DNA of 64,000 bases from Neodothiora populina (taxonomy: Eukaryota), in contig NW_027191413.1 in assembly GCF_041146345.1 (NCBI RefSeq), positions 2,604,001-2,668,000 on the forward strand. Direction: 5' to 3'. Shown in pieces: positions 47,796 to 60,144 of this stretch (positions are counted from its first letter, which is position 1; the number at the start of each line of letters is the position of its first letter). The position numbers and the translations under genes were made by a program. The notes under the pieces are model-generated. The model saw only the letters and a program-made list of their open reading frames with translations. It had not been told where the DNA came from and did no database searches.

Positions 47796-50700
47796 CTACT
47801 GGATATGGTGCTGTCTAGAGTACTCGTACAGCACACAGCCACATGCCGTCTGCACATTCATACTCCTCGTCACACCGCGCTGAGGGATCTCGACAAGGAT
47901 ATCACACTCACCGAGCACCATGGCCGGGATACCTTCCTTCTCCGCTCCCATGACAAGTATCGTCTTGGGAGGCAATTTGGTCCCTCTATCGCCCAAAATA
48001 ACGCTACGATCGGTCTGCTCGACACCGACGACAGAGTAGCCCTGGAGTTTCTTCTCGGTGAGAAACGCCGGAACGCCCCCCACAGAGAGCTCATGGATGG
48101 GCAGGTGATTCTGTGACGCCACCGCCACAGACACAAAGTCCTTGTTTGCTAGCACAGTCTTGGGCTTGTTGATGTGAAGCGCTGAAGCACCGAATATCTC
48201 TGATATGCGCGACAAGCCGCCGAGATTGTAGGCGTTGTCCACGAGTGAGCCGACCACGATGAGATCGGTTGGCCGAGTGCTTGCTTCTGCTTTTGTGTCG
48301 TTGGCTGCCAGATGGGCTGTGCCCTTTGTCTGCAGAGCAGCAACAGCTTCTGTGCGCGCTGACTGTTGTGCCTCTTGCTTGTTCGAGTCAACGACTGTGG
48401 GCTTGCTTGATTCGACGGTTTCTTCTGTCAGGCTGACGCCAATTGGAAGAGATCCTGCTGGCAATGCTCTTGGTAGTGTTTTGCTCGTAGTATCGCTTTC
48501 GAGCAATCGCTGTACATCTTGTCCCGAAACCAGAACCGCTGCAGGTGGATCTAATCGCATGAAAGCCCCTTCAAGAAGATTGGAAAGTGTATGCCCTTGT
48601 ATCGGGTCTATCATTTCCAGCTGTCGATCGGTGGGCGGCGTGGTGAAGCGTTCAAGACTTCGGATATAATCGTTCAACGAAGCACAGGCAGGATTTTCTG
48701 TGATCTGGACCAAGCCTTGCGCTTCTGCAACATCCCACAAGATAGGGAAAGACCATTGTGCTTCGTGGCGAATGATGATCTTCGAGCTGGAAGACAGTGC
48801 GACCAGTTGACAAGCTAGCTTGTAAGCAAATTCCTCGGAGCAGTCTTCAAGACACGCTACCATGAGGCCGAGTTTTGCTAATGATGCCAGATACTTTGGA
48901 TTGGAGTGGTGATCGATAGTGGACAATCTCCGAAGGATGTCATCGTTCGTTTCAGGATGCTGGATCACTATCCGTGCGATCATCCACATGATCAACAACC
49001 TATAGCGAGGCAGCGGCTCTAACGAGAGCATGTTATGTAGGACATCCATATGGTATCGCGCTTGAGCGATAGTCATGGTATTCAGGAGATTTTCTTGCAA
49101 GATCAACATAATCTGCAGCTGAACAGTTGTCTTCCATTTGTTCACAATGGGCACGGGAGGTGTCTGACTAGCCCATGGTTCAAGCAGGGTTTCGAAAGTC
49201 TCATTGGCTACGTCGCCATCGATTGCTGGAAGGCGGTTGATTAGATCGAAGAACGCTGCAAAACCCGCTTCGTCGTTGCTACCATAGTAGTCGATGTACG
49301 TGGCTTGTGGCAGGAACTGGGTCACCGCGGCCTCTAGCAAGAACTCTGTTTTTGCAGCTGGAGGCTTATTGGCCGTACCAACAATGATATCTGCGATGTT
49401 GAGTCTGCTTGCAGCCGATGGACAATTCAGCAGGGCAGCTCTTAGCGTTGTCATGAGAGGAGTCCACATGTAAACGCGGCCTGTACAAAAGCTGTGCAGT
49501 TCGGTGAGGTACGAAGATAGCATCTCTGCCACATCCTCGTTTGACAGGCTGCATGCGACACAGGTTGGGTGAAACACAACACTCGGCAGCATTATCAAGA
49601 TGTTCTTGGGATAGTCTTGTATCTCTAGCTCAGACCACACAGCTTCAAGAATTTGACAGAGTTGATCAGCATCCACCGACGCAGGGTCCGCAAACTCAAG
49701 AAGTTTGATGATCGATGTACAAGCGCCTTTGAAGCGTCCGCCAGCTAGACAAGCATGCTTTGAGCTGCGAATGTCCTCCATAGCGCCTTCAAGACTTTGC
49801 CATTCGGTTGCGGCCATTGCGTCGCCATCAGCTGGTCCCAAGCTCAAGTGAGCGACTCTATTTTCCAGAAGCTCTAGTCTCGAGTCTGCACTCCGGGCAC
49901 TAGAGAGTGCTTCTGGTGTGACTGATATCGACAGCTCCATACAGCATCGTTGAACGACATCGTTGGAGACTTCCGGGAAGGCCGTACCGGTTGGGAGAGT
50001 CAGTAAGATTTCGAGCTCCGCAGCACCCATGCAAGGTTCGCTCTGGTCCTTCAGCCCATCGACCAGGCCCTGCAACACATACACGGCTGCAAATGGAATG
50101 ATGCGAGTTTTATTGCGATGTAAATAGTCCAGAACGGCCTTGGCGATACACGATCGAGCATTTAGTCCTTCGTTAATGGAGTGATTCCTCAGTAGTCTTT
50201 CGAAAAAGCTAGCGAGCCTAGCTCCATGCTCGCATTGCGCGTTCTTGGTTTGGCCTCTGATGCTTCCAGTGAACAGCTGACCCTGACAGGCCCATGGTAG
50301 GAACGACTTTTGGAGGAGACGAGCGAAGTCTACTTCGTAACCAGAGATGTCGATGTCGGTACTCATTACCCAATTACCTAGCATCTTTCGAATGCTGTCC
50401 TGTGTTACATTTGATAGAGCAGGCTCGAGGAGCGCGAGCAACCATGACTTCTTGACTAGTGATCGGGAGGATGCCAGGACATCAAGGTCTCCCATGCACT
50501 CCTCAGCCTGGTTGAAATACCTACCAACAATGATAGTCTCATAAACTGTGCAGAATCTTTCATATTCCGCTTGCATTGAACGTAATCCTGGAGATGATTA
50601 GTAAAACGAGAATGTCGTAAGCCTACAATTCACGGATAACCACACAGCCTCTGTTGAAGAAGCCATAAAAGAACAAGCAAGGCCGTGAAGCCAACTAGGG

Positions 50701-51677
50701 ATTCATCGACACATACCGGTGCTGCTCTCATTGATGGTTAGCACCATGTTCTTGGTGCTAATATTGTCTTGCGCGCTGGCTAACGACGCTCTGAGGATAT
50801 GAAGGCACAGCTTTCGTTGCTCCGTGTCTCCGCCAGCCAGAGCATCAATCAGGTACTCCCAATAGGCGTCCGTCAACATAGCTGGCTCGGAAGACTTCTC
50901 TGATACAGACAGAGACAGCCAGCGTAGCCAGATTGCGTATGCCGTTGTACGATAGGCGCTCCTGGACTTCTGGCCAAGAAGTATCTCGATATAACGCCAC
51001 ATGTAGCTGTCGAAGACAGTTGAGTCGTCATTTCGACTGGACAGCTCAACAGTCTTGTTGTTCAACGCTGCCAGAAATGCAAAGCAAGAATCTCTAGCAG
51101 CGGAGGCAATAACCGAATCGGTTGCCGCTAGCAGGCCAAAGATGACAGCAAACGTGCCATGCGAGACGACAACAAGACTGGTGCTAGCAGATGCGCGGAA
51201 CACCTGTCCCAAGAAAGCCAGGTTTACCGCCGTCAGATGAGCGATATCTGCTGCGTTGTGGCTCGCCACGTCCACTGAACCGAGTTCCTGCACCGTGGAG
51301 ACCAAGCTTGATAATTCCGTAGTCGGCACAATGACACCCTCATTCCTCGGCTGCTGCAGTAGTAAAGTCAGGTATAGGACCAATGCATTTCCCACGCGCC
51401 TCAGCAGAGGTTTTTCCAGGTGAGAGTATCGAAGATAGATGGACGCAGCTGTAGCGAAGTCGCCGCTCTCAATTGCTCGAACCAAGAAATCCAATACAGC
51501 AGCGTGAGCCTGCTCGTCAGGGCACTCGCTAGTGAGAGCGGCAACAAGGTCGAGGGTATCATTGTCGACGTGAGTGGCTAGGTCCCGAATTACATTGCTG
51601 CGCTCCGCTTGAGGAATGCGAGTAAGAAAAACATTTGCCAGAGCTGTCTGTGCCGAGCGACTTGGTTGCACCATCAT
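47796..51677 (-). CDS. TRM3: tRNA (guanosine-18 2'-O)-methyltransferase, SpoU family
   Basis: Large helical N-terminus; C-terminal SPOUT domain LIVVGSLVDNAYNLGGLSR, VGVEQT, LVMGAEKEGIP, EIPQRGVTRSMNV; intron 50588-50716. Confidence 0.9.
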
Positions 51678-52063
51678 CCCTATCTGACACGCCTCTACCT
51701 CCCGTCGTCCAAGTGCATGTCCTGACTTTCGAAAATCGTCTGCCTGCGTAAGGTAGCCTCGACTGGCTTATACCACCTACTCTCTACTGTGCACCTTGTC
51801 GCAAACCACGCTATCGATAGCGACTCAAGAAAATTCACGACCACTGATTCGCACTAGCGCGGCCGTCGCCGTCGCAACAGCCGATTTGGGGTTTTGATTA
51901 TAGTAAAAGAGACGAGTTTCCCTCTGCACTGACGTTATCAGCCAGCAAGCGTGGGCGATAAGGGCATCAAAACGTCCTTGCCCACATGTTCTACGCTCTT
52001 CGCGCCCGTTATGTAAACGCGATTGAGGAAGTTATTGAACTGTTGGAAGAACATAATAATACT

Positions 52064-53948
52064 ATGACTTCTGTCAGTCTTCGCGCGACTCGCGCTCTAA
52101 CCACTCCGGACATTGCATATCATCATTCCTCAGCATCTGCTCCTTCCTTGCGCGCCACAGAAGCTGCCGTGCCTGCGTCAACAACGGCATCAACAATGCG
52201 ACCAATGTCTGCTGGCGGGGACTCTGGCAATGTGAAAGTGGTGGTTCGAGTGAGGAAGTTTATCAAAAGAGGTATGTTCAACTGGAAAGTAATTGGTGCT
52301 AAGAAAAGCAGCAATGCTAAGTTGTTGTTATTGTTGCTGTCCGGTAGAGCTTGAGAAACATTCGCCATGTCTGATCGAAATGGACCCCAAGACGCAGACA
52401 ACAATCATTCATCCTCCACCACAGCACGAGCAGGACATTCGAGGCCATCGTAAGACTTATGAGGAGAAGTCCTTCACCTTCGACAAGTCCTTCTGGTCCC
52501 ACGACGAAAACGACGCTCATTATTCCTACCAGAAGGACGTCTATGCTTCCTTCGGTGAGGACTTCCTTGACCACAACTTCGATGGCTACCACACTTGTAT
52601 CTTTGCTTATGGCCAGACTGGATCTGGCAAATCATATACCATGATGGGCACTCCGGAAGCGCCTGGCCTGATTCCACGCACCTGCGAGGGTCTGTTCGAA
52701 AGGATTAATGTTGAACAGAACAGCAACATTACGTATGGCGTACATGTCTCTTATTTCGAAGTCTACAATGAGCATGTGCGAGACCTTTTGACCCCCCGCA
52801 CCAATCCGCCAGCCTACCTCAAGATCCGTGAGAGCAAGACGGATGGCGTCTATGTCCAGAACCTCACGGACTCGGCCGTCAAAACATACGAGGATGTTGA
52901 ACGCTTGATGAAGATGGGTGATCAGAACCGAACTGTGGCAGCAACCAAGATGAACGATACTTCTTCCCGCTCCCATTCCGTCTTTACCTTGACGTTGAAG
53001 CAGATCCAGCACGACATTGCAACCGATAGTACGATTGAGAGGACAGCCCGGATGCGCCTTGTTGATCTGGCTGGATCGGAACGAGCCAACAGAACAGAAG
53101 CATCGGGTCAACGCCTCCGTGAAGGTGGAAACATCAATCAGTCCCTCACAACTCTCGGGCGAGTGATAGCCGCCCTGTCAGATCCCAAGCGGCAGAGGGC
53201 TGCCCAACGTGGCACAAAGCGAAGAGGGGAAGTCATCCCATACAGAGACTCGGTACTGACCTGGCTCCTCAAAGACAGTCTAGGAGGCAATTCCAAGACC
53301 GCCATGGTGGCCTGCATAAGCCCCACAGACTACGAAGAGACCCTCTCCACGCTACGTTACGCAGACCAGGCGAAACGCATCCAGACTCGCGCTCACGTCA
53401 ACCAAGACGCAATGTCAGCCGCCGAGCGCGACGCCCAGATCCAGGAAATGAGCGAGACGATCCGTCAACTCCAGTTATCAGTCAACGCTTCCGCCGCACG
53501 CAAGCGAGACGAAGTCGACCGCGCAGGCCAAGAGATGGAAGACTACCAACGCCAAGTCTCGAAAATGCAAAGAGCAATGGAAGAATCGCGCGCCGTCTCA
53601 GACGTCAAGATCCGTGCTCTGAACGCCGAACTCGAAGAGCTGCGTCCACTCAGCGAGAGATTACGAAATGAAGTGCAAAGTCTGAGGAGACATCTGACCT
53701 TGGCGCTCAGCGAACTGAAGAACCCCATCGTGCTTCCCCCAGAAATGGACAAGGAAAACGAAGAGCCTGATGTTCACGTCTATGCCAGCGACGACGAAGA
53801 CGATGAATACAGTGGTCAGCATGCCGATTGGCAGAACGACATCGACTCTCTGATGAAGGACCTGGGTCTGTTCAAGCGTAAAGTCGCCGATGATCATGCC
53901 CGTTTCGGCCATCATGGAGTGCCCTTGGGTGAGGTACTCGCTAATTGA
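52064..53948 (+). CDS. Short fungal kinesin-3 motor (Nkin3/UncB-type)
   Basis: NVKVVVRVR, FTFDKSFWSHD, FAYGQTGSGKSYTM, NDTSSRSH, LVDLAGSE, LKDSLGGNSKT; short coiled-coil tail with no FHA/PH domain seen; intron ~52272-52347; start could be 52064 or 52196. Confidence 0.88.
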
Positions 53949-54580
53949 GGGGTGGTGACGGGGATGAAGAGAACAAGATTGTTACGATTGCGACGACTAG
54001 AACAGACCTTGCTGCAGTATTATTGATGGATGAAAAAGTCAAGTTAGAAGGTCTTGATGATGATGACGGCGATGATGGATGTTGCTCTGGGTGTTTTCTT
54101 GTTTCGAACTTGCCAAGCGATTGTTTGTATTGCTGGCTATTGACTGAAAACTGAAACGCATACATAGCTTGCATTGCATGGCGTTTTTTCTTCTTCCTTC
54201 CGCGGAACTTTTGCCGAACCAAACGACCAGATGAGAGATGGTACGAAGATGATGATGATGCGGTCAGCGGATGGGAGAGAGAAGGAGAGGTATCATGGAA
54301 GTTCATTTCCACGCTGTCCTCATTTTTCTCCTTTTGGTTGTTAGAATCACGAAGAACTCCTAGCGAGGTAGCGAAGCAGTCAAATAGTGGCTGTTGTAAT
54401 TAATATTGAGCAGTCCCGAGTTCATGGGCTCAAGCTGTGTTCCTAGTACTTTTGTCTTCGTTTCGTGCATCTTGTACAATTATTGAATGGTTGAGTTTGA
54501 TTCGATCATATCCATCGACAGCGATAGATGTCAAGGTATCGCTGCAGACTATCTGTCAGCAGACAAAGTGAAAGCCTCCC

Positions 54581-56440
54581 TTACTCGCTGTCGTCGACTC
54601 TCGCTCTTTTGCTTTCCCGCTCGGGTTCATTCAGACCATAGCGCTTGACACCAGACGTAGCAGCAGCACCAGCTTCTTTGGCACCACCGCTTCCCTTTTG
54701 TGCGTCCGCGATCATCTGGTCGACGCCAAAGGGATCTTCATTGTCTCTCTCGAACTGCACTGGACCCTCGCGGGCCTCGGCGGTGCCGGCACCCTTCATG
54801 CCCTCCTTGGGTGCTCTGCCCAGCGTCTCGAATCTCTTCGTGTTCTGGATTTCATTGAGCGTTTCGCCGCCGTCGTCTTCGTCGTCATTGTTCAGACTCG
54901 GGCGATAGATACTGTTGAGGGCGTCTCGGTCGGCGAAAAGCGGTTTGTCGTAGGCCTGGTCCTCGTTGAAGCCCGCGGACGCGAAGCCGCTGCTTTGGTT
55001 GAACAGGCGCGAGTCGTACATTGTTTCCTTTGACTGCGTGGGCTTGGCGAGCCCCAGGGCGACTTTCTCGCTGATGTCGCGGTTTTGCTCCCGCGCCATC
55101 ATCTGGATGCGTCGCTCGTGGCCCATGTTCTTCTGGCGCATCTCGCGCTGGGCTTCGCGGCGGCGCTCGGCGCGTAAGCGTTCGCGCTCTTTTCGGTCGA
55201 CTTGCTCTTCGTTGACCGAGGGGGAGCGCGAGGAGCGCGATGAGTAGCTGTCTATGCTTCGGCTGCGGCTGCGTGATGCATCGTCTCGTGATGAGCGTCG
55301 GCTCGATGCTCCTGCTGCGGCGCGCGCCTTGTCTTCTCTTGCCTTCTGGGCCAGGAGACGCAGGTTGTCTTCTTTCTGTTGCTTCTCCTTTTCTGCCAGT
55401 CGCTGTTGCATGAGTGCGCGTTGCTTGACTTCCTCTCTGGCGTGTCGGTCGGCGGTTCCCAGGGCTTCGGCGAATTGGGCGAATTTGTCGTTGATGGTGA
55501 CGTCTTGCAGTCCACGCCCGTCGGCTGCCAGTCTCTTGTCCAGCGGTACAGTGTAACCCTTTGGATTCTTCCAGTTCGACACGGGCGGCGGAATCCTCCA
55601 GGCTTCTTGGTCTTCGGCTGTGAGTTTCCGCGGCGGCGAATGCATGATCGGGGGTGGAGGAGACGGCGGTCCTCGGGGAATCTTCTTGTGCTTGAATTTT
55701 GGCGGTTCCATGGGGTCTTGCTGTCTCTCGACAATCTTCATGATGCGGTCCTGTTTCTTGGTGCTGTCTCCCATCTGATTGTTCGAGGGTGTGTAGCGAA
55801 CATAGGTGGGCTCCTTTCTTGATCCCCCTTTGACGTTCTTTGGTTTTTGCGCTGCAACTGCGCCCGACACCAAGGCAGCCAGAGCAGCCTGCGTCCTTTC
55901 TTTTGTGGCTTGAACCTCCTCTTCAGACGGTCGCTGCAGTGAGATGTCGCCGACATCCGCGCGTTGTCGGAGGGGAATCAGGTCCTTGAACGAAGCATGC
56001 ACGATGCGTCCTTCGCCGTGTCCTCGTTTCGCAAGCGCGTCGTATTTGACCTTGCCTTCGCCATCGACCTGAATCGCCAATGCATTTGAACTCGAAGCGT
56101 GTTTGCGACCCATGTCCAGGGGGTATTGCGCGACGGGAACCTCAGGAAATGCGCCTCCATCGCCAAAGTCCTCTGGGTTTCGAGGTCGCCATCCGCTGCG
56201 TTGGCCATACGCAGGCGGTCCGCTCCGCTGAAGCACATCCCTCATCAGTATACAGCTATTGTCATCATGTCCGAATGAATTGATTACCTTGACCACGAGT
56301 TGCTGTGATTCCACTTCAGATGCTCCCACGATCCTCGGTCCTTTGGGTTGCGCGTGCGCGGGCGCCTCCTCGTCTTCTCCCGTGTATCGTGGCTTGGGTA
56401 ACAAGCTCGACAGAGAAGATCGCGAACCTGCCAACGCCAT
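54581..56440 (-). CDS. PRP45: Pre-mRNA splicing factor SNW/SKIP
   Basis: DFGDGGAFPE, DPMEPPKF, poly-Pro, SNWKNPKGYTVPLDKRLAADG, RDISEKVALG; predicted 60-nt intron 56228-56287. Confidence 0.96.
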   Translation of the reverse strand: MALAGSRSSLSSLLPKPRYTGEDEEAPAHAQPKGPRIVGASEVESQQLVVKVINSFGHDDNSCILMRDVLQRSGPPAYGQRSGWRPRNPEDFGDGGAFPEVPVAQYPLDMGRKHASSSNALAIQVDGEGKVKYDALAKRGHGEGRIVHASFKDLIPLRQRADVGDISLQRPSEEEVQATKERTQAALAALVSGAVAAQKPKNVKGGSRKEPTYVRYTPSNNQMGDSTKKQDRIMKIVERQQDPMEPPKFKHKKIPRGPPSPPPPIMHSPPRKLTAEDQEAWRIPPPVSNWKNPKGYTVPLDKRLAADGRGLQDVTINDKFAQFAEALGTADRHAREEVKQRALMQQRLAEKEKQQKEDNLRLLAQKAREDKARAAAGASSRRSSRDDASRSRSRSIDSYSSRSSRSPSVNEEQVDRKERERLRAERRREAQREMRQKNMGHERRIQMMAREQNRDISEKVALGLAKPTQSKETMYDSRLFNQSSGFASAGFNEDQAYDKPLFADRDALNSIYRPSLNNDDEDDGGETLNEIQNTKRFETLGRAPKEGMKGAGTAEAREGPVQFERDNEDPFGVDQMIADAQKGSGGAKEAGAAATSGVKRYGLNEPERESKRARVDDSE

Positions 56441-56771
56441 GTTTGTGTGATTTGTGGATTATTGTGATGTCCAGATTGATAACCTGAAGTGAGGATGGCG
56501 GGTTGTATTGATGCATCTCCGCCCAGAAATCTCAAGATGGGTATCGCCACGTGACTTGCTCCTAAACGCCGAACTCCATACTTTTGACCACCCGAAACTC
56601 TTTGATCAATTGAATCCATTGATCTACCTTGTTCATATATCGTATTTGACTTTCGCTCATCCGGTGGCATTCGGTCTAGCTCTTGAGATCTGTAGTATTG
56701 AACAACCTCGCCATAATATCACGCAAACGATGTTTGGCGGTGGTTTATAATTCTTGCGACTTGACAGTGAC

Positions 56772-57677
56772 ATGGATGATGCCCTGGAGGACGAGATCCT
56801 CTCTATAAACGCGATATATTCTGAATCTACCTTGACTGTCCTTTCGAGGAATCCCATAATCTGTGCATTGGCACTGCCTGGAGAGCACTCAATCACGCTA
56901 CGACTTGAGTTCCCAGACTCATATCCGGACGCACCGCCGTCCATCCTCGGCACTCAATCAGTCGGTGAGAATGTGGGCAAAGGTGAGGGCACCCAGGTGG
57001 TCGAGATATCCCGCTCTGTGCTCGCCGAGATCTACCAACCAGGCTCGCCATGCATTTTTGACCTGGTCGAGGAGTCCAATCAGAGACTTCAGGACTTCTT
57101 CGAGAACGTCGGCCAACATCAAGGGTATCAAGAGCAACAAGCTTTTGAAAGGAATGGTCAGCAACAACCGCACTCCCCCGCTCTGGTGCACCAAGAATTT
57201 ATAGATCCTGATGAAGCGCAGTCGTCGGATCTGCTGGATCACGAACCCCCGTGGATCTTGTCCGATGTCTTCACCGAGAAGAAATCCGTCTTCTTGGCTC
57301 GTGCTGCTAAAGTCACTTCTCCTGGAGAGGCCAAGTCGTTTTTGCATCATTTGCTGGTTACCGATAAGAAAGTAGCCAAAGCGACGCATAACATTACTGC
57401 TTGGCGAATCCATGGACCCAACGACACTTCCTACCAAGACTGTGATGACGACGGTGAGGCGGCCGCAGGCGGTCGCCTTTTACATCTCATGCAGCTGATG
57501 GATGTCTGGGACGTTATGGTCGTTGTCACACGCTGGTACGGTGGCATCCATCTCGGTCCTGATCGATTCAGACTTATCAACTCCGCGGCCCGAGACGCCT
57601 TTACGAAGGGTTCGTTCGTCAAGGAAGCCGGGAAGGAGTCCAAGTCTGACGGCCACAAGAAAAAGGGCAAGAAATGA
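56772..57677 (+). CDS. YIH1: IMPACT family protein (RWD + UPF0029), Gcn2 regulator
   Basis: RWD: EDEILSINAIY...YPDAPP; ancient domain KKSVF, ATHNITAWR, DDDGEAAAGGRLL, VVVTRWYGGIHLGPDRF. Confidence 0.93.
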   Translation: MDDALEDEILSINAIYSESTLTVLSRNPIICALALPGEHSITLRLEFPDSYPDAPPSILGTQSVGENVGKGEGTQVVEISRSVLAEIYQPGSPCIFDLVEESNQRLQDFFENVGQHQGYQEQQAFERNGQQQPHSPALVHQEFIDPDEAQSSDLLDHEPPWILSDVFTEKKSVFLARAAKVTSPGEAKSFLHHLLVTDKKVAKATHNITAWRIHGPNDTSYQDCDDDGEAAAGGRLLHLMQLMDVWDVMVVVTRWYGGIHLGPDRFRLINSAARDAFTKGSFVKEAGKESKSDGHKKKGKK

Positions 57678-58348
57678 TCTCGTCTTGTTTAAGTGAAGTG
57701 CTGTGAAGAAACTCACTTTCTGTAGAGGGCGGGAGCAGATAGTAACGATACAGATCCTGCTACTACGTCGGATGTGGTCACCTGATTATCATGGCTGCCA
57801 ACGTGGTTGTAATCACACTTTGAATCAACAAAACACTCGAGCCGCCGGAAACCAGGATCCAGTAGCGGGGCACAAATGGCCACTTTGCCGTTGTCCTGTC
57901 GCAGCCGATATGGACAGGATATATCGGAATCAAAACAGCATCATTGCCATTACATAGGCAATGCCTTGCCTGACCGGCCCAGAAGTGCCATTGTCGAAGA
58001 ACCACTGTGCAACAGTGGAGCTGGAATAAAGGGCCATGAACAGGAAATGAAAACACTCGGGAATGGACATCGAGTTCACCAGAAGGTGATCGCGGCGTCA
58101 GTTCTTTGGTGTCCATGAACATTGCTGAAGTGTTCTGGCTACTACTTGCTCTCGATCTCGAACCAAGTTTATTATATATTTACGATCTAGACCTGGTAAC
58201 ACAGAAGGAAGGGGGGTCTCGTGTCTAAATACGGCCTATTAATCATCTCAGCGCACCAGCCACCCAAGTCACATCCAAGTCTCTTCTTCTCTCTCACTTT
58301 ATCTCAACTCAGCTCCCACCACCTCCACACATATTCCAAGCAGCATCC

Positions 58349-60144
58349 TCACCCCTGCCGAGCGAGCCCACTATCGATAAGCTCCGTTGCAAAATCCCTC
58401 AAATCCAAAACAACCTCGTCCGCGGCCTCCCAAGCCGGCCAACGACAGCAACCAGCCCCTCTCGGCCCACTCGCCTCTCCCGCCATCGCTTCTCTACTTC
58501 CCCTTCCCCCAATCCCCACCCCCTGCTTCATCCGTCTCCTGACCCATAGACTCTCAAACTGCGCACTCGCCCACGGCGGTAAATGTCTGGTATAGCCGCT
58601 ACAGAAGCATCTGAAGTGCGTGATCCCTAGCGTAACAGAGAGACAATCAGGGTTCGTAAACGGAGGGTGTGAAAGGGCAATAGACGCGTTGCGCAGCCAG
58701 CGGAGCGGCGCCTCGGGGCCGGGCAGCCAGTACATCATTGTCCAGAAGATGAGGTCCTGGGGGACCCAGAAGGGGTGTGGGGATGTGTTTACTGTTGTTG
58801 TTTCTGTTATTGTTGTTAGGGGAGGGGGGGGTTGGTAAGGGTTGGTAGGGGGGTGGATTGGGGCCGGATGAGGTCTATTATGAAGGCTAGAAGTCCTGTT
58901 GGTGAGTCTGCGAGCGCATAAGCTAGAGTGCTGGTTTCTGTTGCTAGATGTTCTATTGACGATGACGATGTGTACTGCGCGTGAGGTGTCCACCACGGAG
59001 GCGAGGCGCGGTGGTTTGCATTGTCGTCGTCGTGTGATGTGCTAAAGTCCTCTGGCGTGTATCCGAAACTGAGCCATGGATATTTCGCCTCGGTGAGTCT
59101 TGCAATCTGATATCTGAGCCAGAGTAAAGGTGTGTGGCGTAAAGTGGGTTTGGGCACGACGAGTCCAGCCGTGTGAATTGCGATGCAGCTTCGTTGGTGT
59201 CGGAGAGCTATCGAACGAGCGACCAGGAACCCCCTATCAGTCGCGAATCAGCATAAGTTGTGCTTTGTAAACGTCAAATTTTCAACGAACCAGTTCGATC
59301 CGTGGACCATATATCGTGAATACCCCAACTTCTGCATAAGCGCATCCAACACGTCCGCCGCACCCTCGATGCCGAAGTTTGCATCTCCAGCGGCATCACT
59401 GAATCCAAATCCTGGTATACTGGGACTCACGACATGGAAAGCTTGCTCGCTGGTTCTTCCAGGCGTGGGCGTAGTCACTGGGTCGCAGAGACTCTCTATC
59501 ATTCTAGCAACCTCTATGAACGTGGCGCCGAAGGAGTGGATGAACAACAGAGGGATCGCCGTCGCAGAGTTCGACCTTCGATGGACAAAGTGCATATTCG
59601 GGAAGTACGAGAGGGACGCGCCAAATGAGACTGTCTTCTCTGAGTAAGGTGTTGTGGAGGGTATCGTGATATTCGTCCGATATTGAGGCAGTCGCTCGTT
59701 GTATTCTGCTTCCATGTCTCGATGATCATAAGACTCCAGCCTGGCAAGCAGCACATGAACGTCAATATCTAGATATTCACACGAGAATCATGATGCTCAG
59801 CAAGAAAGACAGGCATCTTCCTCACGTCGCGCGTACTGCTTACCAGTAATCCAGGATACTGACCAGCATATCCTTAGAAACGCCTTCCCCAGAGCGTTTC
59901 GTGGTGTCTCCCCTTCCATTATTTCCCGTCACTGGTGGCTCTCGTGGTATACGGGCCAAATCGAGCTTTCGATTCGTGAGATCAAGATAGCGTTGTGAAA
60001 CCTGGTGACGAATGAGTATCAGGACATGGTTCAAGGCATAGTCGACAATTGACTGGGATCGGGGAGCCCTACGTGTAGTCGATAAGGCCGGGGGTCACTG
60101 CCGAACCCTCCGCCCGGATTGAGATCAGGCGCGGGAGATGCCAT
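58349..60144 (-). CDS. Microsomal epoxide hydrolase-like alpha/beta hydrolase with degenerate active site; one frameshift in a G8 run as assembled
   Basis: EHN-like N-terminus (PRPYRLHVSQRYLDLT..KL), MHFVHRRS...AIPLLFIH, FHVVSPSIPGFGFS, LMQKLGYSRY, AYALADSPTGLLA, TMMYWL; three introns; frame change near 58824-58831. Confidence 0.8.
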
